A stretch of 64,000 nucleotides of DNA from Flavobacteriia bacterium (GCA_013298525.1 JAAFHW010000004.1:479-64478), one strand, 5' to 3'; positions 39,831-49,909 are shown, numbered from the stretch's first letter. Numbers and translations: made by a program. Notes: a model not told the origin generated them from the letters alone.

Positions 39831-41578
39831 TTAAAATGAAGTTGATAAAGATAAAGTAACTCCTGTACTTTGTGGCACAAATCTACAAACACCACCTGCA
39901 CAAACTAAGCCTCCTCTTTGACGTCCGTAGTTTAGAGCAATTCTTGTGCTCCCTTTTTTATATGAGCCACCAAGATTATAAAAATGAATCTTAAAAGCAT
40001 CAACACCTCTAGAAATCTGTTCTTCATTTATATCATAGCCATAATTGTACATATCATTTAAGTATACAGACCAATTAGCATTGTGATTGTATTCTATAGA
40101 TGATGAAAACCAATTTTTTCTATCAGTATCAGCCCACATATGTTCTAAACCAAAAGTTATAGATTTAGATTTACCAAATTTAACTGTTGATTCTGCTGCT
40201 ATAATATTGGTTTTAATCAGTAAATTAGCTGCTCCAGTAATGTATCTATTGTTATAGTATTGGTTAATGTACGAAAGACTTCCATTGACTTTAGAACTAA
40301 ACTTTTTAGAAATTTCGATATTATAATCAGAATAATATTTTTGTTTCGATGAGAAAAAATCTGTTTTGTAATTTGGTGCGTAGTTTCCAAATTGATCTTC
40401 AAAAGTGTAGGTACCACCTAAATTATACCAGTTTGAAAAATTCAAAGCGATTTTAGTACCATATTTTCCTCCAAATAAAGACCCTTTTTTGAAATCATAG
40501 AAAAAATCAACTTGACCTCCAATTTCTCCTGCTTTTGCAATACCATTAGTTGGGTCGATATTAACACCGCCTTGTGCTTGGTATACGTAAATATTTGATA
40601 GGTTAGAGTGATTTTGTTTTGTTAAACTAGGTAAAAAATTCATTATTCTGTCGTTAAAAATAAACTAGTTCTTTCAATTCCAATAAATTGAGGTTCTCTT
40701 TCCGACAGAAAAGTAATGTTTTCTAATCTTCTTAAAGTGGTATCAAAGCCCAATCCTTTTTTAGAATAACCAAAATTTATTAAAGCAGCTGAACCTGGCT
40801 TTATGACGTCATTAGTGATTTTATTAGTTGCAACGATTAATAAGGCATCTTTTGATTTAATGTTGTATTCACCATTAATGTAAAAATTACTTTTGCTGAA
40901 ATTTATTCTACCAGAGTAAGCATTAGTTAATTCTGAGAAATTTGGTTTTGCAAAATAACTTTCTTCATATCTTCCAACATAACTTAAGCCAAAAGATAAC
41001 TCATATTTGGTGTTTTTTAACAATGAGCTTACATTAACATTTGAATCAAATCCAAAAACACTTCCTTTACTAACATCAAAACCAGTTCTTTGTTTTCCAT
41101 ACAATGCAGTTAGCGAAATATTATCATTTGGTCTAAAATTGATTTTCCCACCTCTAAGAGCATTATTTATTCCTAATGAACGATCTTCAAAACTTCTCAA
41201 TAATAATCCACTACCAAATTGCTCATAAAAGTGACCTAAAGTAGCATCAATTTTTTTCGTTTTATAATTTAAAAAATAAATTCCTAAATTGGTTTTGGTA
41301 AATTTAGGGTTATAATTCAATAATGCTTCTGAAGTATATGATTCTGCTTGAACTCCTGCTGTAAAGCTACCATAGTTATAATTTAAAGAAAGATAACTAT
41401 TAGAACGTAATGGTATAGAATCTTGTTCCAAATCCCTTTCTTTATCATTTAAGTACCATTGACCTGTAGATTCAAAAGAACCAGATAATAGACCTTTAAC
41501 AGGTGCTTTTTCTTTTTCTTGTGCTTGAAGTAGTGTTGAGAGAAATAAAGAAAATACGACTAATAAATAGTTTTTCAT
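39831..41578 (-). pseudogene. DUF6029-like outer-membrane beta-barrel protein split by a 1-nt frameshift (or sequencing error)
   Basis: ORFs 40643-41578 (signal peptide) and 39831-40643 (C-terminal CAGGVCR...STSF) join as ...SLFFNDRIMNFLP... if one base is added to the A5 run at 40656-40660. Confidence 0.75.
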
Positions 41579-41580
41579 GA

Positions 41581-42057
41581 CTATAAGCTTTTTAATTTTT
41601 CAAATAATTTGTCCTCATTTCCTGGAGTATGACCATTCTCAGTAAAGACAATTTTACCGTTTTTAATTACAATTAAATAAGGAATATTTGAAATACCTAA
41701 ACTTCTTTTAAACTCTTGATTTGTGTCTAGTAAAATAGTATAGTTCCAACCTTTTCCGTTTACCAAAGGCTTTACTCTTTTTTGAGTTCTAGAATCATCA
41801 GTCGAAACTGCAATTAATTCAACATTTAGATTTTTTTTCCAATCTTCATAGACCTCATTTATTGCATCTAATTCTTGAATACAAGGTGAACACCAAGTTG
41901 CCCAAAAAGAAAAAATGTATAATTTATCTTTTTCTAAAAAATCTGTTTGAATTGAAATGGTTTTACCATCAATACTTGTGGTCTTAATATTTGGAACATT
42001 TTGTTGGGAATAGCTCAAGAAGCCAAATAATAAAAGTAGTAAATGTAGTTTTCTCAT
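41581..42057 (-). CDS. TlpA-family thiol-disulfide oxidoreductase (exported)
   Basis: Signal peptide; SFWATWCSPC; NIP. Confidence 0.9.
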   Translation of the reverse strand: MRKLHLLLLLFGFLSYSQQNVPNIKTTSIDGKTISIQTDFLEKDKLYIFSFWATWCSPCIQELDAINEVYEDWKKNLNVELIAVSTDDSRTQKRVKPLVNGKGWNYTILLDTNQEFKRSLGISNIPYLIVIKNGKIVFTENGHTPGNEDKLFEKLKSL

Positions 42058-42159
42058 TTTTTCTTAATTTGTTGTGCAAATAAATAAAAATTAATGTATT
42101 GTTTTGTGTTTTTTTTTATTTATTTGCATATCTATTAAACAAACCAACAATTTTTATTT

Positions 42160-43002
42160 ATGAAGAATTTTAAATTTTTAAGTTTTCTTTTAGCTGCAAG
42201 TTTTTTTATTTCTTGTAGTAAAGATGATTCATCTGGCTCAGGATCTTCTCAACCACCTGCAGTAGATAATACACCAATTTCTGGTCAATTTCAAAAAAGA
42301 GTTTTGGTTGAGGATTATACAGGAGCATGGTGCGGATATTGCCCAAGAGTTGCTTATGGTATTGAGAAAGTATTAGAGCAATCTACAAAAGTTGTTCCTG
42401 TGGCTATTCATCAACAATCTGGTAGCGGATATGATCCTTATCATTTTGCAGGAGCTACCCCATTAAAAACACTAATCGATTTGCAAGGTTATCCAACAGG
42501 TAAATTAAACAGAATGCTAACTTGGAGTTATCCAGAAAATTCAAATATCAATCAAGTTAAGAATTTAGCTCTAAACAATGTTGGACTTGGACTTGCTTTG
42601 AATTCAACAGTTTCAGGAGGAAATATTAACCTTGATGTTAAAATTAAATTTGCTAAAGACTATACTAATTTAAAATTAGTAGTTTATGTTCTTGAAAATA
42701 ATTTGATTTACGATCAAGTAAATTACACAAGTTTTTATGGTGGAGGAAGTGTTATTTCTAATTTTGAGCATGACAATGTATTGAGATCTTGTTTAACAAA
42801 TATATTAGGTGATGCAATTACAGAGAGCACTACTAATGGACAAACTATAACTAAAAACTTTACGTTACCAATTCCTTCAAGTGTTTCTAATGCTGCAAAT
42901 TTAAGTTTTGTTGCTTTTGTAGTGGATGGAGCAGATAGTAAAGCTATCAATGTAAGAGGTGCTTTGCCAAACGAAAACCAATCATTTGAGGTTAATCCAT
43001 AA
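42160..43002 (+). CDS. Omp28-like outer-membrane lipoprotein with CxxC
   Basis: Lipobox FISC then SKDD; VLVEDYTGAWCGYCP; GYP; HDNVLR. Confidence 0.85.
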   Translation: MKNFKFLSFLLAASFFISCSKDDSSGSGSSQPPAVDNTPISGQFQKRVLVEDYTGAWCGYCPRVAYGIEKVLEQSTKVVPVAIHQQSGSGYDPYHFAGATPLKTLIDLQGYPTGKLNRMLTWSYPENSNINQVKNLALNNVGLGLALNSTVSGGNINLDVKIKFAKDYTNLKLVVYVLENNLIYDQVNYTSFYGGGSVISNFEHDNVLRSCLTNILGDAITESTTNGQTITKNFTLPIPSSVSNAANLSFVAFVVDGADSKAINVRGALPNENQSFEVNP

Positions 43003-43027
43003 AAAGGGAAATAATTATTAAATTTAT

Positions 43028-43059
43028 ATAGGTCGCTCGAAAGGCGACCTTATTTTTTT
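43028..43059 (+). terminator. Probable terminator after the Omp28-like gene
   Basis: AGGTCGCT-cgaa-AGGCGACCT followed by a T-tract. Confidence 0.75.
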
Positions 43060-43093
43060 CAGTAAATTTGTGTAATAATTTAAAACATTTGAA

Positions 43094-43267
43094 ATGAAAT
43101 TTATTTCCTTAATTCAGCAAGTCAATATTGATGATAAAATCAAAAATGCACCAGATAATGGTTATTTAATTGGTGTATGGATTGGATATGTTTTACCATT
43201 CGTAGTGCTGATAGGACTTGCTTATTACATGTATTATCGTGCAAAAAACAGAAAAGACTTAGAGTAA
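43094..43267 (+). CDS. Small single-pass membrane protein (57 aa; missing from ORF track)
   Basis: MKFISLIQQVNIDDKIKNAPDNGYLIGVWIGYVLPFVVLIGLAYYMYYRAKNRKDLE; TM helix plus basic tail; TAAATTTG at 43063-43070. Confidence 0.75.
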   Translation: MKFISLIQQVNIDDKIKNAPDNGYLIGVWIGYVLPFVVLIGLAYYMYYRAKNRKDLE

Positions 43268-43297
43268 AATTCCTTAAATTTGCATTCTAAAATCTAA

Positions 43298-43753
43298 ATG
43301 ATGAGTAAAATCAGAATTACCAAACAGTTTTCTTTTGAAACAGGTCATGCGCTTTATGGCTACGATGGAAAATGTAAAAATGTTCATGGACACAGTTACA
43401 AACTTTCTGTAACCGTAATTGGAACACCAATATCCGATTCGAATAATGTAAAATTCGGAATGGTAATTGATTTTTCTGATTTAAAAAAAATTGTACGAGA
43501 AGAAATAGTTGATGTTTTTGATCATGCTACAGTTTTTAACAAGAATACACCACATGTTGAGTTAGCTGAAGAATTGAAAAATCGCGGTCATCATGTAATT
43601 TTAGTAAATTATCAACCTACAAGTGAAAATATGGTAATTGATTTTGCTAAGAAAATTCAAGACAGATTGCCAAATAATATTCAATTACATTCTTTAAAAT
43701 TACAAGAAACAGAAAGTTCGTTTGCCGAATGGTATGCTTCTGATAATATGTAA
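43298..43753 (+). CDS. queD: 6-carboxytetrahydropterin synthase
   Basis: FETGH, C.NVHGHSY, GMVIDF, DH, PTSEN, ET. Confidence 0.9.
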   Translation: MMSKIRITKQFSFETGHALYGYDGKCKNVHGHSYKLSVTVIGTPISDSNNVKFGMVIDFSDLKKIVREEIVDVFDHATVFNKNTPHVELAEELKNRGHHVILVNYQPTSENMVIDFAKKIQDRLPNNIQLHSLKLQETESSFAEWYASDNM

Positions 43754-43770
43754 TTTACTATTTTTACAAA

Positions 43771-44520
43771 ATGTCAAACAAAAAAATCTATTTCGCATCC
43801 GACCAACATTTTGGAGCTCCAACGCCCGAAGCTAGTTTTCCGCGTGAGCAAAAATTTGTAGCTTGGTTGGATGAAGTTAAAAAAGATGCCGAAGCTATTT
43901 TCTTACTTGGCGATTTGTTTGATTTTTGGTTTGAATATAAAACCGTTGTACCAAAAGGATTTATAAGAGTTCTTGGAAAATTAGCCGAAATTCGAGACAG
44001 TGGAATTCCGATTTACTTCTTCGTTGGAAATCACGATTTGTGGATGAATGATTATTTCCAAAAAGAACTAAATATTCCTGTTTATCACGATAATAAAGAG
44101 TTTACTTTCAACAATAAAACGTTTCTTATTGGTCATGGCGACGGAAAAGGTCCTGGAGATAAAGGTTACAAACGAATGAAGAAAGTATTTGTTCATCCAT
44201 TTTCAAAATGGTTGTACCGTTGGCTTCACCCAGATATCGGAATGAAATTAGCACAATATCTTTCTGTAAAAAACAAATTGATTTCAGGAGTTGAAGACGT
44301 AAAATACCTCGGAGAAGACAACGAATGGCTAATTTTATATGCTAAGAAAAAATTAGAAACCAAGCACTATAATTATCTAATTTTTGGTCACAGACATTTA
44401 CCAATGACTTTAAAAATTGGAGAAAATTCAGAATACGTAAATCTTGGCGATTGGATTGGTTACTTTACCTATGGAGTTTTTGACGGAGAAAATTTTGAAC
44501 TTAAGACTTATGGAAACTAA
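43771..44520 (+). CDS. lpxH: UDP-2,3-diacylglucosamine hydrolase
   Basis: SDQHFG, LGDLFDFW, GNHD, HGD, GHRH, LGDW. Confidence 0.85.
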   Translation: MSNKKIYFASDQHFGAPTPEASFPREQKFVAWLDEVKKDAEAIFLLGDLFDFWFEYKTVVPKGFIRVLGKLAEIRDSGIPIYFFVGNHDLWMNDYFQKELNIPVYHDNKEFTFNNKTFLIGHGDGKGPGDKGYKRMKKVFVHPFSKWLYRWLHPDIGMKLAQYLSVKNKLISGVEDVKYLGEDNEWLILYAKKKLETKHYNYLIFGHRHLPMTLKIGENSEYVNLGDWIGYFTYGVFDGENFELKTYGN

Positions 44521-44902
44521 TAATCATAACTATAAGATTATTTTTATATTATTAGTTCAGATAGTAGTAATTTCATGTGCGAAAAATTATACTCAATTAG
44601 GTGTTGAGGGAAAATCACCTCAAAATAAAATTCATTACGAGAACTTTTTTGTCACATTTCATGTCAGAGATTCACATACTTTTTTAAATCTTGTTGATGT
44701 AACTATTATTCTAAATAAAAATAAAGAATTTATTTCGAATAAAAATGGTGAGTTCAAATATTACGCAAAAAAAGGTGATATTTTGGTTTTTAAAATGAAA
44801 GGATATGAAACTCATGAAGTAACTATTGAAAATGATCAATATATAAATTATCTGATAGTTATAGACCTAAAAAAAATTCCAACAATTAGAAACGTTCCAT
44901 AA
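44510..44902 (+). CDS. Putative lipoprotein with carboxypeptidase-regulatory-like beta domain
   Basis: Hydrophobic stretch ending VISC; SNKNGEF...GDILVF...GYE pattern. Confidence 0.6.
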   Translation: METNNHNYKIIFILLVQIVVISCAKNYTQLGVEGKSPQNKIHYENFFVTFHVRDSHTFLNLVDVTIILNKNKEFISNKNGEFKYYAKKGDILVFKMKGYETHEVTIENDQYINYLIVIDLKKIPTIRNVP

Positions 44903-44919
44903 AATGTATTTTGAAAAAT

Positions 44920-45579
44920 TTACCTAAGTAAATAATCTAAAGTTACAGCATCTAGTTTTCCATCTGGGAATAAACCATTTTTTTGTTCAAATGCACCTAA
45001 TGCTTCAATAGTAGTTTGTTTAAAAAGTCCATCAACAGGAATGTTATAACCTTTTTTAACCAAAATCTTTTGCAATTCATATACGAAAGAACTGAAATCG
45101 CCAACCTTCAAACTATACTTTTCTGGATTGCTTTTAAAAGTTTCCATCAAGAATTTTCTTTTGATGAATTCATTGTAATCTTTTGCTTTATAGCCACTTT
45201 CTTCAAAGGCAATTACGTCTTTATCATTCAATCCTTCACTTTTCATTTTGGCCGATTGTACTAACTTTTCTTCATATAATTTAACGATTCCCAACTTTTT
45301 AGTGTAACCAGAAACAACCGCTTTTGTATCGTCATCGTTATCTTCTGGATTTCTAACATCTACATCATCATTTGCCCAAGCCATTCTTACATAACTGTTG
45401 GCTTCTTCTATAGCTTGATAATAGTTTTGCAAAGTAGTAGCGTCATAATAGTTTAAATCAATCTTTTGGTTACTAACATAATCGCTTCCTGGCGAATGAA
45501 AACGTTGGTAATTACTATATAAATTATAGCCCAAAATTAATACGATTACTGCTAAAAGTACGATGATAATCTGTTTCAT
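44920..45579 (-). CDS. Membrane-anchored peptidoglycan-binding domain protein
   Basis: N-terminal TM; C-terminal V.ELQ.IL...GY...DGLF...T..AL..FE...GL..DG. Confidence 0.85.
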   Translation of the reverse strand: MKQIIIVLLAVIVLILGYNLYSNYQRFHSPGSDYVSNQKIDLNYYDATTLQNYYQAIEEANSYVRMAWANDDVDVRNPEDNDDDTKAVVSGYTKKLGIVKLYEEKLVQSAKMKSEGLNDKDVIAFEESGYKAKDYNEFIKRKFLMETFKSNPEKYSLKVGDFSSFVYELQKILVKKGYNIPVDGLFKQTTIEALGAFEQKNGLFPDGKLDAVTLDYLLR

Positions 45580-45639
45580 AATAAGTAGAGGTTATTTTGT
45601 AGACAAAAATAGACAAAATTCACGATACAATTTATAGTA

Positions 45640-47331
45640 TTAATTTTTCAAATCTTTTAAACGCAATTGAACCGTCACAGTTCCATTAAATTCATTTTCA
45701 TCAATGCAATAAACGACATCAAATGGTTTTCGATTTTTAGTAGATTCTAGTTTATTTCCTAATCCAAAACCAATAGCGCCAAATCTCTCCGAATTGTTTT
45801 GTTTTACAAATAACTTCAAATGTTCGTTGTCTTTTCCTAATGGCTTGGCATAACCTGTATCTTTTACATTTTTAGTCATAAAAACAGGTGTCATATTTTG
45901 TGGACCAAAAGGTTCAAATTGACTTAATAATCGAATCAACTTCGGATTTATATCTGAAAAATTGATTTCCAAATCCACTGAAATTTCTGGAATTAGTAAA
46001 TCTGGGTGAATAGTTTTTTGAACTTCTTTTTCAAAAGCATCTTTAAATTTTTGGTAATTCTCTTCTTTCAAAGTCATTCCAGCAGCGTACATGTGTCCAC
46101 CGAATTGTTCCAGATGTTCTGCGCAAGCTTCTAACGCATTATATACATCAAAATCTTTCACAGAACGTGCCGAAGCTGCTAATTTATCGCCACTTTTTGT
46201 AAAAACAATTGTTGGTCGATAATAAGTTTCTGTCAATCGTGATGCTACAATTCCGATAACGCCTTTGTGCCAATTTTCCTGATAAAGTACCGTTGTAAAG
46301 TTCTTTTTTTCGTTATTGTTTTCAATTTGAGCCAACGCTTCAACAGTAATTTGTTTGTCTAAATCTTTTCGGTCTGCATTGTGTTGTTCAATCTCTGAAG
46401 CAAAAATTTCGGCTTGTTCTAAATTAAATTCGGTCAATAAAGCAACCGCTTCGTTTCCGTGTTTGATTCTTCCGGCAGCGTTAATTCTTGGCGCGATGAT
46501 GAAAACAACATCCGTTATGGTAAGCACTTTTTTCTTCACATTTTGAACCAATGCCTTAATTCCAGGACGCGGATTTGAATTAATCACTTCCAAACCAAAT
46601 TTAGCCAAAACTCGATTTTCACCAGTTATTGGAACAATATCTGCGGCAATGGCTGTGGCTACCAAATCTAAATAAGGAATTAAATCAAAAATAGATTGAC
46701 TTCTGTTTTCTGCCAATGCTTGAATGAGTTTGAAACCAACTCCGCAACCGCAAAGTTCGTCATAAGGATAAGTGCAATCTTCACGTTTTGGATCTAAAAC
46801 TGCAATTGCATTGGGCAATTCGTTTCCTGGTCGATGGTGATCACAAATGATAAAATCGATGTTTTTTGTATTCGCATAAGCGACGTGATCGATGGATTTT
46901 ATACCGCAATCAAGTGCAATAATTAACGAAATTCCGTTGTCATCGGCATAGTCAATTCCTTTATAGGAAATTCCGTAACCTTCGTCATAACGGTCTGGAA
47001 TGTATGTAGCAATATTAGAATAATAACTTTTTAGATAGGAGGAAACTAACGAAACAGCAGTTGTTCCATCGACGTCATAATCGCCAAAAACTAGAATATT
47101 TTCTCCATTTGCAATAGCTTTTTCAATACGAGAAACCGCTTTGTCCATATCTTTCATCAGATATGGATTGTGCAAATCGTCTAAAGTTGGTCTGAAAAAT
47201 GTTTTGGCTTGGTCGAAGGTTGTAATACCTCTTTGTACTAATAAAGTCGCAATGATTTCATCGACTTGAAGTTCGTTTTGTAGTTTTTGAACTTGTTCTT
47301 TTTCTGGCTTCGATTGTAATGTCCAACGCAT
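45640..47331 (-). CDS. recJ: Single-stranded-DNA exonuclease RecJ
   Basis: GDYDVDG, DCG, DHH, PRINAAGR, GGH..AAG, PFG..N. Confidence 0.97.
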   Translation of the reverse strand: MRWTLQSKPEKEQVQKLQNELQVDEIIATLLVQRGITTFDQAKTFFRPTLDDLHNPYLMKDMDKAVSRIEKAIANGENILVFGDYDVDGTTAVSLVSSYLKSYYSNIATYIPDRYDEGYGISYKGIDYADDNGISLIIALDCGIKSIDHVAYANTKNIDFIICDHHRPGNELPNAIAVLDPKREDCTYPYDELCGCGVGFKLIQALAENRSQSIFDLIPYLDLVATAIAADIVPITGENRVLAKFGLEVINSNPRPGIKALVQNVKKKVLTITDVVFIIAPRINAAGRIKHGNEAVALLTEFNLEQAEIFASEIEQHNADRKDLDKQITVEALAQIENNNEKKNFTTVLYQENWHKGVIGIVASRLTETYYRPTIVFTKSGDKLAASARSVKDFDVYNALEACAEHLEQFGGHMYAAGMTLKEENYQKFKDAFEKEVQKTIHPDLLIPEISVDLEINFSDINPKLIRLLSQFEPFGPQNMTPVFMTKNVKDTGYAKPLGKDNEHLKLFVKQNNSERFGAIGFGLGNKLESTKNRKPFDVVYCIDENEFNGTVTVQLRLKDLKN

Positions 47332-47533
47332 AGGATATTAGATATTAGATTTTTAATATTAGATTTTGGCGTGTAAATGTTTTGCAAATATATGAAAAAA
47401 TATTTTTTATTTTAAAATTTTATATACTGAAAATCAGCGCATTGTAATTTAATGTAAAAAAACATTAAAATATTTTGCAAAACATTTATTGCTTTTCGTT
47501 ATATAATTGTAGATAAATTTTTAAAACAGAAAT

Positions 47534-47716
47534 ATGGAATATTTGTACTTAATAATCATAATTGGTTTGCCTTCAATATTTTTAATTATTAAGGCTTTCG
47601 TCTTAAAAAAGATTTTTCCTGAAATGAAAATAAAAGATTTTATAGAATATGTTAAACATTCAAAGAAAGTTAACATAAATGTATCCGTATTTCCAGAAAA
47701 GAAAAGTAATGAATGA
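47534..47716 (+). CDS. Small hypothetical membrane protein
   Basis: 60 aa with an N-terminal hydrophobic helix in very AT-rich DNA. Confidence 0.45.
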   Translation: MEYLYLIIIIGLPSIFLIIKAFVLKKIFPEMKIKDFIEYVKHSKKVNINVSVFPEKKSNE

Positions 47717-47786
47717 TAACTACTTTAAATTGTTTCCATAAAAAAAAGCATAAAAAATAATTTTTTAACTTTTAATCTATAGTGTA

Positions 47787-48137
47787 CTAGTACTTCAACT
47801 CCAAAGCTTCACCATCAAATGAAATTCCATCCCAACCAAATGTCATAAAATTTCTAATATTTTGATGGTCAATTCTGTCAGGATTTTTTAAAACATCATC
47901 AAAATAATAACTTCCAAAAAGCGATAAGGTTGCGTCCTTTTCTAAATTATTTATTTTGGCGAAAGCGAAAATTTTGCAAGAACCGTTATTTTCACCGGCA
48001 TTATTTAGTTGATTTCCGTTTTTGAAAGCAGTAGTAGTGAAGTTATAATTTGAATCAATTACTTCAATTGTTTCTTGAAAAGTTATTAATTCTGGATTTT
48101 GTTTTACTTTATTTAAAAAGTTATCAATGTTACTCAT
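47787..48137 (-). CDS. HopJ-family protein
   Basis: F.NG...N.AGEN.GSCKIFAF, HQNIRNFM..GW.G. Confidence 0.85.
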   Translation of the reverse strand: MSNIDNFLNKVKQNPELITFQETIEVIDSNYNFTTTAFKNGNQLNNAGENNGSCKIFAFAKINNLEKDATLSLFGSYYFDDVLKNPDRIDHQNIRNFMTFGWDGISFDGEALELKY

Positions 48138-48834
48138 TGTCGTCTTTTCTTTTGTCTTTTACTGAAATTTTTCCGCTAACAACCGCCACAATTTCACCTT
48201 TAGGAGCTCTGGCTTCAAAGTGTTTTAAAACTTCTTCAGCTGTTCCGCGAATCGTTTCTTCGTGTAGTTTTGATAATTCTCTTGAAATAGAAACTTGGCG
48301 TTCGGCTCCAAAATACTGTACAAATTCGGCTAAGGTTTTTACCAATTTATGTGGCGAAACATAGAAAATCATGGTGCGAGTTTCTTCTGCTAAAGCTAAA
48401 TATCTTGTTTGTCTTCCTTTTTTTTCTGGTAGAAATCCTTCAAATATAAATCTATCGTTAGGCAAACCGCTGTTTACTAATGCTGGCACAAAAGCAGTTG
48501 CGCCTGGCAAACAATCAACTTCAATATTATTTTCAACGCAAGCGCGAGTCAATAAAAATCCTGGATCAGAAATAGCTGGCGTTCCTGCATCAGAAATTAA
48601 AGCAATCGTTTCGCCACCTTTTAAACGAGCAATCAAATTGTCAACGGTTTTGTGTTCGTTGTGCATGTGATGACTGTGCATGTGTGTGGAAATTTCGAAA
48701 TGCTTCAATAGTTTTCCACTGGTGCGCGTGTCTTCAGCTAGAATTAAATCGGCTTCTTTTAAAACTTTTATAGCTCTAAAAGTCATGTCTTCAAGATTGC
48801 CAATAGGCGTTGGAACGATATAAAGTTTAGACAT
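48130..48834 (-). CDS. rsmI: 16S rRNA C1402 2'-O-methyltransferase
   Basis: LYIVPTPIGNLED, AEDTR, SDAGTPAISDPG, RELSKLHE. Confidence 0.96.
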   Translation of the reverse strand: MSKLYIVPTPIGNLEDMTFRAIKVLKEADLILAEDTRTSGKLLKHFEISTHMHSHHMHNEHKTVDNLIARLKGGETIALISDAGTPAISDPGFLLTRACVENNIEVDCLPGATAFVPALVNSGLPNDRFIFEGFLPEKKGRQTRYLALAEETRTMIFYVSPHKLVKTLAEFVQYFGAERQVSISRELSKLHEETIRGTAEEVLKHFEARAPKGEIVAVVSGKISVKDKRKDDNE

Positions 48835-49806
48835 TTATAAAAACTTTTTCTCAACCAATTCAATAAATCTATCAGCATAATCGTCTGCGCCAACCCAATT
48901 GTTGTAATCTGGCTTGATGATTTCGTCAATAAAATCTTTTGCTTCTCTAAAAGTGCTAAACGTATTTAATTGTGATAAAACACGATTGTAATCTTCATTA
49001 CTATCTGCAAAAAGGAATTTTACAAATCCCATTCTGTCGTTCAATCCGATATTGATGGTTTTAGAAAGTTTATCATTCAAAGAAGGTGTTTTTCCTTCAA
49101 ATCTATCTACAATAATATCATCCGATTTTTCAAAAACCTCTTTTTTAGAAGTTGGAAGCGTTACATCATTTGGTTTTACAAAAACAGGTTCGGTATAATT
49201 TTGACCTAATAAATCTTCAAAAGAAATTTGTTGTGCTTTAGTCTGAACTTGATTCAGACTCTCGTCTTCTTCTACTTTAGGTTCTTCAATTTCTTCAGTT
49301 TCAACTGGAGTTTCTGCAGCTAATTCAAATATGGGTTCAAAATCTAAGTCGCTTTTAGCTTCACCAACAGGAACTTCTTCCTCTTCAATTTCATCTTCTT
49401 CCTCAAGTGTGATTTCGCCAACAATAACTGGTTCTTCTTCAACATCTTCTTCTTGAACTTCTGTTTCTTCAGATGCGGCAACAATTTCTTGTTCAACAAC
49501 TTCTTCAACTTCTGCTACAATTTCTTCCTTTTGTTCTTCAACTTCAGTAGCAATTTCTTCAACAACTACTTTTGGAGTTGCAACAACTGTTTTATTTTCA
49601 ACAAAACTTTCGATTTTTTCTTCAATATCTTCGTTAGAAATATCCGATTTTACTTGCTCATAGTTGTCGCCATAAAACTTCAAAACCGTTAATGCTTCGT
49701 ATAATTTTTGGGTTTCATGATACAATTGATCGATTTCCGATTTGTTTTTTAGCTTCAAAACTCGGTGTGCAATGCTGATTAATTCGGCTTCCAATCTTTT
49801 TTTCAT
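48835..49806 (-). CDS. Hypothetical protein with long acidic central linker
   Basis: Helical N-terminus, Glu-rich middle, C-terminal IGLNDR..F...LF domain. Confidence 0.8.
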   Translation of the reverse strand: MKKRLEAELISIAHRVLKLKNKSEIDQLYHETQKLYEALTVLKFYGDNYEQVKSDISNEDIEEKIESFVENKTVVATPKVVVEEIATEVEEQKEEIVAEVEEVVEQEIVAASEETEVQEEDVEEEPVIVGEITLEEEDEIEEEEVPVGEAKSDLDFEPIFELAAETPVETEEIEEPKVEEDESLNQVQTKAQQISFEDLLGQNYTEPVFVKPNDVTLPTSKKEVFEKSDDIIVDRFEGKTPSLNDKLSKTINIGLNDRMGFVKFLFADSNEDYNRVLSQLNTFSTFREAKDFIDEIIKPDYNNWVGADDYADRFIELVEKKFL

Positions 49807-49909
49807 AACTTTTTGAAATTATAGTGACTAGCTTATCTTATTTTATAATAAATTTGTTTCGATACAAAGTAATAAAAACAATTCCTTTTTTAAGGTCTAA
49901 AAATACAAA

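Noticed and set aside
47787..48137. HopJ as evidence of type III secretion
   Set aside because: This family is widespread in bacteria without T3SS; the gene overlaps rsmI in a housekeeping run and no T3SS genes are present
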